Positions 54,339 through 64,000 of a stretch of 64,000 bases of DNA are shown here, one piece after another. The stretch is taken from NCBI RefSeq assembly GCF_009914755.1, contig NC_060934.1. One strand, given 5' to 3'. A model generated the notes under the pieces. It was not told the origin of the DNA. It did no database searches and saw nothing but the letters and a program-made list of their open reading frames with translations. This DNA is from the human T2T-CHM13v2.0 reference genome, Homo sapiens. Position 1 is the first letter of the stretch. Each line of letters starts with the position of its first letter. Made by a program: the position numbers and the translations under genes.

Positions 54339-55215
54339 GTTCCATTTATGGTCTCATCTAAAAGAATAAAATACTTAGGGATAAACTTAACCAAGAAGGT
54401 AAAAGCCTTGGATACTGAAAACTACAAAACATTGTTGAAAGAAATAAAAGACATAAATAAATGGAAAGACATCTTATGATTGGAAGGCTTAATATTATTA
54501 AGTGGATAACACTACCCAGTGTAATCCACAGATTCAATGTAATCTCTATCAACATCCCAAGGACTTTTTTTCAGAAATAGAAAAACCCATCCTAAAATTC
54601 ATGGAATCTCGAAGGGCCTTGAATGGTCAAAATAATCTTTAAGAAAAGGAGAACAAAGTTGGAGAATCCTGACTTCACTTCCTGACTTCAAAACGTACTA
54701 CAAAGCTACAAATCAAAACAGAGTGGTGTTAGCATACCACACACAGACCAATGAAAGAGAACAGAGGGCTCAGAAATAAACCTTTGCATATGTAGTCAAA
54801 TGAATTTTGACAAAGGTGCTGCAACTAGTCAATGCAGAAAGGATAGTCTTTTCAACAAGTGGTGCTGGGAAAACTGAATATTCACATGTAAAAAAGAGTG
54901 AAGTAACACCAGCTGCAAAAACAAACTCAAAATTGATCAAAGACCTAAATATATGACCTAAAACTATAGAACTCGTAGAAAAGCTCATCAGGGAAAAGCC
55001 TCATGACACTGGGTTTGGCACTGATTTCTTGGAATGACACCAAAAGCATAGGTGATGAAAGAAGAAGTAGATAAATTCTACTTCACATTTAAAAGCTTTT
55101 ATTCCTCAAAGGACACCATCAAGGGAGTGAAATAGAAACCCACAGAGTGGGAGAAAATATTTGCAAATCATATATTTGATGAGAGATTAATATCCAGAAT
55201 ATACAAAGAAATATG

Positions 55216-55531
<316 letters not shown>

Positions 55532-58284
55532 TTAACCCATCCAACTTAAAAACTGGCAAAAGATTTGAAGAGAGATTTATCCAGAGAAAGTGTACACATG
55601 GCCACTAAACATATGAAAAGATGCTCAACATGACAAATTATTAGAGAAATAAAAATCAAAACCATGAGAGACCACTTCATACCCATGAGGATGGCTATTA
55701 CTAAAACACACCACAGGAAATGTAATTATTGGTGAGAATGTGGAGAAACTGAAACTTGTAAATTGCCAGTGTGAATATAACGTGGTGCAGCCACTTGGGA
55801 AGAACAGTATGGCGGTTCCTTGGGAAAAGTAAGCATGATTCCTAACTTGCACTTGTGGGTATACGTCCCAGATAATTGAAAGTGGGGCTAGAATGGATAT
55901 TCAATACCCATGTACACAATAGCGTTATTCACAACAGCCAAAAGGTAGAAACAACCCAAGTGTCCATCAGTGCACGAATGGATATCCATACAATGGACTG
56001 GAATTCTGGTTTGTGCATAATGGAGGCATTAGGCTAAGTGAGATGAGCCGGCCATGAAAGGACAAATCCTGTGTGATTCCACTTGCATGAGGGACTGAGA
56101 GTTGTCAAATTCGTAGAGACCAAAAGCAAAATAGAGGTTACCAGGAGGAGAAGTGGGAGTTCGTGTTTAATGGGGACAGAGTTTCAGTTTGGAAGATGAA
56201 ATGGTTCTATGGGTGGATGGTGAGGTGTTGGCACAACACTGAGAAGGTGCTTAACATGATGGAACTGTACACTAAAAAGTGGTAAATTTTGTATTATGTG
56301 TATTTTACCACAAAAAAGATGAAACACCCACATACCCAGCAAAGCTGTCTCACGATATTCTTGTTGTCTGCATTGGAATGCAGTGAGGATGACAACCCTT
56401 GTCAGGACTGCTTATGTGGACACTCGTGCAGGACCCTTCTTCCATCTGTGTTCTAGGTTTCTCGGGGGCCATGGACAGACATTGTTCCCTATGAATAGCA
56501 AGTTCACAAAACTGTGAAGCTGTCAAAATTTTCTTTATACTTGGGCTGCAAGGAAGCCCCATGCTAAATTTGTAGCTCAACTTGTAAATTGCCCATGTAT
56601 GTGTTCTAACTTTCCAGTGAAATTATGTTTTTATTTTTCCTGTTTCTGGACATGATTTTATTTCATTTCCTGTTTAGTTACACTAAAAGCATCCTAGTAA
56701 CTGAGTTCAATGTTCCTGTACACTGTGTTGTGCTAATTATTATAACTAGAGCTTTGAACCTATGGTAAACATTTTTATTTCTCCTTGGTTTCCCTTTTTT
56801 TCTAAAAGTCCCGTAAGATTTAAATTGCAGATTCAAATGATGCTAAAAGTAAAAGCTGAGAATAATAGTACATTTCAAAATGGCATATTTCAACACGTTT
56901 CTGTTTCAAACAAAGTAGTTATTTTGTTAGTCATTTTTCTGAACACGTGAGCTCCAGGTCTTTTGGGATCTAGGAAACCCCGTTACTGAAACCACACTGT
57001 TCTAACGGTGTAAGAAGTCACAGAATCCTGAACGACAACTTTACAGTTCGATGGTAATTCCAAGACAATGGTACAGTCGTTTCGTCCTAGCTATGCAGAT
57101 GTTCACGGAAAACAATACTTAGCTCCCTAGAGAGCGAATACTTTTCAAGAGCATTTTTTTTTCCTTGAGAAGAAACACAGCTCTCTGTGGAAAAGTCAGA
57201 AATCTCTTTGTCCTTTCTATCCCAGAGTATTATTTTTCTGGTCTTTCAGTGGTGCTCTTTACCTGATAATACCCAGAAAGTCAGTTTGATTATTATGTGA
57301 TGCCAACAAAAGTGTTTGAAAATGACGAAGCAACTAATGATTTAGCATTTACAGGTTTAAAAAGACAGCACCTGCAGGAGAGACTGTAATACGACGTTGT
57401 TTAGTCAAGTTAGTGTTGAGCTTGCCATAACCATTTCAACTTTCAAAGTATTTACGAATCAACAGTGCTGGAATTATCCCTCCAGTTTCAAATATGACAC
57501 GGAAGTAACTTAAATGAAAAATTCCTTTCTTATTCCGCCATGCGCCAGGGGATTTTTCTTCCCCTGAATGAAAGTGTCAGCATCTCATTTATTAACAATG
57601 CAGATACACATCAAAGCCACTATTGAATCTGTCTCTCCCCATTGACTTTGCCTTCCTATTTCTACACCCTATACTTCTTGTTCAACGAATTGTTCTTGAT
57701 GTGACGTCTTCACAATAAGCCCATAAGCACAACTGAAACACAATTTCCTGCTAGCTTCAGTCAAGATACATTAATCCTCTCGATATTTCCCAGGACAATA
57801 CTATCTCTCTTCTGCAGACTTTATTTCTCTCATTTGGCTGAGAAGGAGAAAAATCCTTGAAAATTGGTTTGAAAAGTGGTGTGCAAAAACAGTCAGAGCT
57901 AAAATTTCTTGGGCACACAATTTTCTTTAAATGCTCGCATGTTCATCATGCACCCTCACGTTAAACACTCGCGTGTGAGAAACTGAGAAGGAGAAGTTGC
58001 CGGACAGCTGAGCGTCCCTGTGCCGCTGCCACCCCAGGCTGCCGCCCACCGCTCAAGCTCAGAGCTAGAGCCCTGTCCACGCTGTCGTCCCTTCCTGTGG
58101 CTCCAAGTCTGTTCTGTCCAAGTCACTTCTCCATGAAAATGCTGGGTGGAACGTAAGGAATGGGAAGAAGCTTAAGCCATTCCTCTTATAGACCTGGGCA
58201 ACCACATGGCGTTTATTCTCCAGAATATTCATTTGATGGGGACCTCTGGGAAATGCTATGGCAGCTACACTCATTGCCTTTCTG

Positions 58285-59105
58285 CATAGGTAGGTGTGCA
58301 TGCATGTATGCAGGTGAGGAGGCACATGTGTAAGTGCGTGTGTCTGTGGGTGTGGAGGTGTGTATGTAGGCGTGCATATAGGTACATATACAGGGAGGGA
58401 TGGATGTAGGTACAAATGCAGGTACCCATGTAGACATCCACCTATGTTGGCATGCAGGTGTGTATGTAGGCACCTATGTAGATATGTATGTAGGTACATA
58501 TGTGGCTATGTAGGTGGATTTGTAGGTGCACTTGTAGGTAGGTGTGCAGGTATCTATGCAGGTAGGTATGGAAATGGGTACAGATGTAGGTATGCATGTA
58601 GGTATGTGTCTATGTCGGCATTCAGGTATGTATACAGGTACATATATAAGTATGTAGGTGGATTTGTAGGTGCGCTTGCAGGAAGGTACCTATGTAGGTA
58701 TGTAGGTGGATTTCTATGTGCACTTATAGGTAGGTATGCATGTAGATACCTGTGTAGGTATGTAGGTGGATTAGTAGGTGCATTTGTAGGTAGCTATGCA
58801 TGTAGATACCTATGTAGGTATGTAGGTGGATCTGTAGGTGTACTTGGAGGTAAGTGTGCAGGTAGGTATTTATGTAGGTATGTAGGTGGATTTGTAGGTG
58901 TACTTGGAGGTAGGTACCTATGTAGGTATGCAGGTAGATATGTAGGTGCACTTGTGAGCATGTGTGTACATATACAGATGTGTAGGTAGATTTGTAAGTG
59001 CACTAATAGATAGATCTCTACCTAAGAGGCATGGATATAGGTGCAGATGCAGGCAGACATGTAGACATGTACCTATGGCAGCATGTGGGGGGATATGTAG
59101 GCACC
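58285..59105. repeat. Degenerate (TAGG/TATG) low-complexity array
   Basis: gtaggtatgtaggtggatttgtaggtgcactt recurring at about 60-bp spacing in the core. Confidence 0.9.
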
Positions 59106-59806
59106 ACGCAGCTCCGCACGCAGCCTGCATCAACAACTCTCACCCGCCAGTCTCTGGCCGCTGCCCACTTGCAGTGGGTGGGGGCAGAAGAGTCCACCAA
59201 GCGTCCCAGGTCTCGTCAGCATAGTTGATGACTCTCCTGGTCTGATCCACAAGGCTGAAACACTAACTTGTTCATTGCTGTCCTGTCACCTTGTCACAAC
59301 ACGTGCCCCGGTGGGATGGAATAATAACGCTCCGTCTATGGCGAAGGCTTAGGCTTTGCAGAATTGTTTGGGGTGAGAATGAGGCAGCCCTGATCCCCCA
59401 TGTTCATTCCTCTGTCTCACCCACCTTGAGTGTTTGAAACCAGAAACGATTCTAATTCAGACTTGCAATGTGATTGTAATGGACAAAATATTGGCCTTGG
59501 CTTGGAGTGTTCAAGTTACGTCCAATGAGAAATAAAATATATGACTCTCCCTCTCTCTTCTAACTTCATCATTGGATTCCAGCAATTGAATGTTTGTGAA
59601 GGCTTGGCAGGGAATTAAAATCTATTTCAGCTGGCAGAAGCTCTGAGGTGCTGTATTTCTGGCCTATGTATGGTTGTATTGAAGGGAGAAGATGCACAGT
59701 TCCTAGAGGTGCCACATCGGCTACTCATTCATCTTTGAGTTTTGTGGTTGGGCCAATTATCTCAAGCTCTACTGTAAACCTCGTTAGAGGAAAAACACAA
59801 TGAAAA

Positions 59807-59836
59807 TGTGTGTGTGCATGTGTATGTGTGTGGACG

Positions 59837-59875
<39 letters not shown>
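59807..59875. repeat. (TG)n microsatellite
   Basis: pure TG run from about 59839 to 59874. Confidence 0.95.
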
Positions 59876-59876
<1 letters not shown>

Positions 59877-60625
59877 GTTAAGCACATCTCAGAGATGCTT
59901 TCTAGATGGCATCTATTCCAGGTTTATCTGTTTGGGAGATGATAAATAGAATTCTTAATTATTGCATTATTCTCTCTAAATTCCAGATCATTAATATATT
60001 CTACAGAGGTAACTCTAGATGGATAATTAAGTAAATCATCTGGAGAGTCGAACAATATAGACACAAAGTCTGCACATTTCAGGTGGAGCTATTAAAAACA
60101 CCAAGGTCTTTAGGGACTGGCTGTGTCTGGCCAGAGTTAATCAAGCTAGGTTTATAACAGATTTGCTTTGGCTGTATATTAAGCAGTTAGGGCTGCTTTC
60201 ATACAAATATATTCTACTGTGTCTTCCTTGGACTGTGTTTTATTTTCTTATTTTTGACAGAAATATGGGTATACAGACCTCAAGAAAAAGCAGGGGTGCA
60301 AAAGAAACGACGGCCAGCCATCAGCATCAGCCTCAGAACTGAGGGTGACCAGGGTTGGTGGGGACTGACCAGAGACACCATGACTCATTGCTACCACATG
60401 GGAAGGTATCCAGGACTGCCAGATATTTCAGGAGGAGCCAGAAATCTCGATTTACTGGTGTAAGAGAGTCCCACATTTAAAATGCAAGAGGAGTGAACGT
60501 CACTGGAATTGAGATAGATGAAGTACATGTAACTGGTTTAGGGTTGGAAGAGGAAAGAAGAGAGAACACGCGAATCTCTGTTCTAAGTCTCCCACTCAGA
60601 CCTCCCACACAGACCTCTGTGCTCT

Positions 60626-60898
60626 CAGTGCTCATTGTGTGTGAGAATTATCTGCAAGAACTCTAGAAAGTCGTGGAGCCCTGGGCCCCACCAGAGAGGC
60701 TCATCAGCTGCACGCGTGGGTGCCGTGGGAGCCCGGATGCTGGGGAGGCCGGATTTCAGCCCTGCTCCCCTTGGCCAAGGCCTTGGATAGCAAACCTGGA
60801 AAGTCAAACCAAATCCATCTACGACTGGGTGAGACTCAGGTGAAGGGTTGTCAAGTTATCTGGTGATTCTGATGCAGCATTAGGGTTGGGAACCCCAG
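60626..60898. mobile_element. MER5-family remnant
   Basis: gagaattatctg..ctgggccccacc; caagttatctggtgattctgatgcagc..ggttgggaacc. Confidence 0.5.
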
Positions 60899-62837
60899 TA
60901 ACATTTAAATTACTTGAGCTCTTCAGTTGCAAGTTATTGAAAACAAGTGAAAACAAAAAGACTAAATAAACATTCTCCACACACACACTCACACTTCTCG
61001 TAAACAGAATTTGGCAAGATAAGCTCTTGCTGGTCTGGGAGCTGGACTTCTTTATAGCTCTTGAGGGGAAGGAGAGGAGGTGCCTGCTGCTGAGTGGAGA
61101 CCCTGTGGGCTCACCCATGCCCTGCCCTGACCTGCTCCCGGCCCTGGGTTGTGGGCGAAGCTATAGCCTCACACTTCATTTTGGGCCAAGGGTTAGGTGG
61201 GGTAAATAAAGGTCATGGAACATGACTTGGGATATCTGACTTATTCCTAAAGTGTAGTTGGAATAAAGCAGGAAGAAAAGAATATAGACATTTGGGAACG
61301 GACATGGTTTAGGGAAAAAGTTTAGGTATTACAAAATGTGCAAAAAGATGTTTGTTTTGCAATTTATGTTTTCAGGCTGGTGTGAACTAAATACAGATTG
61401 ACAGCTCTGAAGAACCAAGAGTGGTCAGAAAAACAAAAGTGTGGTGGTAGCTCTTCACCTACTGGGAGTTAAAAACACGTGCCGCGGGTGTGAGGAGAGC
61501 TTGGCATGATTCCACAGAGGAGGAAGAAAAAAGGAAACAAACAAACAAACAAACAGATGAAAGGGAATTTGTTGAATTTACAATGAATTAGAGTCTTTCC
61601 ATTGTACTAATTTAAAAGTTAATATATCAGCTTCAAATTTTTCATAAATTGTGGTAATTTCCAAGAAGGTCATCTACATGTTTCTTGGTTTGCTTTGAGA
61701 AAGCACTCAATATAAAGAATCCATTCCATTACTTTTTATGTATTAAAATCTCTCTTAAGCATCTGACTATTTCATAATTTATAAGCTAGTGTAGACTTTT
61801 GAGGCAAGCATTTTCTTTGAAAAGATACAGACATTATCTCAGATTTGGCAAAGAAAAAAAAAAAGGATGTACAAACATCCTACAGTTGGCACTGCCTTTT
61901 AAAGCACATCCAAAAATGACCCACAGCAAAGTGACAATGGTAATATTTGCTCACATCACATGAGCAGGTCTGAGTAGCCAATGACCTGTGTCTGGGTTGC
62001 TGGTGTGATGTATTACAGTTTCTACAATTTGCTGCAGGCAGAAATCTTAATTAAGGCCTTTCCTAAAGAGTGACCTTCAGGGAGGGCATTACTGAATTGG
62101 TGTGAAAATAGACAAGTGGCCAAATTGCCCTGGTGGGACGGTGGAGAACTTGGATATCTCTCTCCCACCAAAGAATGGGCTGTGCTGGATATAGGCCAGG
62201 CTGCAGGATCAATGATCAATGATCAATGAGCCCTGCACCCCATGAAATAGCCTAACACTGGGGAGACGTGAAAGGGAGGACTTTTCTTTTTGGCGAATGC
62301 ACGTCCGCTCCTCACACTGGAATATTCTGCATCTCCCTGCATGCATGTCTTCTCTGTGAATTCTGGGCCTGCGCGAGTCTGAGAAGAGCAATGCTCCCTA
62401 ACAGCATACGTGTATCTGTGTTTCCTCGGGGGAAAACGCTCGCATATCTGCGGTCCTTGACGATATCGTCTGACAGGTTTTAGAAGGAGATGGTTTCTTC
62501 TTGGTCAGCAAACCAGGATGAGATGGGAACACATTCCGATCTGATCAGGGAGACCTTATACAGTGTTTGCCCTCCTTTTTGAGAGAAATTGGAAGGCATC
62601 CTCCACTAAGGTGAAGATGGATTGTGCAGCTTCAGGGGGCACAGGCTCCTGGCCGGGTGCCAGCAAGCGCGACTGCGCACCTCGGATCAGTGAGGCTTGC
62701 TTCTGCCAGATTTCTCGCGGCTGTGTGAAGTATTGCAGCCAAATGTCTCTCAATTTGCTCATTTCTTGGCCAAAGTTACTCCCTGATACTTAAACTCTAA
62801 GACATTGATCAACTTCTCATGCACTTGTGGAGGCCCA

Positions 62838-63022
62838 CGGATGCATCTGACCTTCCCTTTCAGCAAGGCGTGACCGTGCCTCTCTGGGAGCTTCTGCACC
62901 GGATGCACCTGACCTTCCCTTTCAGCAAGGCGTGACAGTGCCTCTCTGGGAGCTTCTGCACCGGATGCACCTGACCTTCCCTTTCAGCAAGGCGTGACCG
63001 TGCCTTTCTGGGAGCTTCTGCA
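62838..63022. repeat. 62-bp tandem repeat, 3 near-identical copies
   Basis: cggatgcaYctgaccttccctttcagcaaggcgtga.. at 62838, 62900, 62962. Confidence 0.95.
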
Positions 63023-64000
63023 ATCAGGGCAGTGGATCTACCCAAGTCGTCTGGTCACAGTTCTCAGTATCCTCTGATCTAACATTTTCCTGTGAGTCCA
63101 GAGGAACAAATACCTTCACAGCCGCCACTTAATGTGTTGCCCATTAGTAGCGGATCCGCAAGTCTCGAGCTTTCTGTTTGCATTAGCGGAAGAAAAACAA
63201 CAAAGTCAGTCTCAGAGTTTTTTAAACCACTGGGAAAACTATAAAGATGGCAAATGCTTTTGAGTAACAATTATTAGGCAGAAGACACCACGGTTATTTC
63301 AACCTGCCTGGTCTTTAGGTAAGACGAACTCTGAACTTCTCAAACCAGCACTTTCTGAAGCCTAGAAGAAGAATATGTAAGGAAGAAGAGACTCCAACAC
63401 AATTGTATACAAGAAATGCTGGATGAGGGATCCTAATAATTAGCATATTAGGATCAAACACTCTTGGGTGTCTCTCTTGGGTGAAATATCTGGTGAGCCT
63501 GAATGAGAGGGGGTCAAAATACTGTGGGATATTTAAATTAAAATGTCTCCATACACCACATACTTTCATATCATGAGGGTCTGTCTAGGCAAGCTGCTGC
63601 TACAGGTGCACGGACAACAAAGACCTCAGCCTTGCAGCTGACTGACAATTTTGTGATAAACAGAAGCACACGTTAGCTGTCAGGTAAGTGAGCCTGTGCA
63701 AGATGCTGTCATCAGAGAATACATGAAAAACCAGGAGGCCCAGGAGAAGAAGCAACACTAACAACGGCCTAGGAGAAGAAGCAAGCCTAACGCCAGCCCC
63801 TTTAGTGGAAGGCTTCACCCAGGACTTGCCTTGGGAACTTGCCCTGGAGGAAGAGTAGGATTCCACCACTCAGAAAGGCAATAATGGGATGATAATAGCA
63901 GGCAATAGTATACTATAGATTATATGGAAATAATAATTAAGAATAGTAGGTTAAATGTTAAGATAACCTTATATCTGAAAGCACTTAACTGTTTACAAGG

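Noticed and set aside
58065-59003. Tyr/Gly/Val/Cys-rich 209-aa ORF, and similar ORFs at 35115-35705
   Set aside because: Translation of low-complexity repeats.

Overview
Primate (human-like) non-coding genomic DNA, judged from AluY/AluS/AluJ, L1PA/L1PB/L1M, THE1 and ERV1 LTRs, MIR, L2 and MER5. I find no recognisable protein-coding gene, RNA gene or CRISPR array. All long ORFs in the track come from tandem repeats, low-complexity tracts or Alu/L1 remnants. The window is rich in minisatellites (units of 21, 30, 34, 42, 45/46 and 66 bp) and in 2-3-copy duplications, with patchy CpG-rich stretches; this pattern is typical of distal or subtelomeric regions. The best observations: (1) several VNTRs grew from inside old transposons, and the 66-bp array sits in a strongly GC-shifted L1 with a near-PRDM9 motif in its units; (2) a probable L1 3' transduction; (3) a twin-priming-type L1 inversion; (4) a strong + strand bias of L1s and LTRs, suggesting an intron of a minus-strand transcript, plus a few candidate exons. 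I see no convincing evidence of a novel biological system. Subfamily names come from recalled consensus sequences and need RepeatMasker/Dfam confirmation. Boundaries of old elements are approximate.
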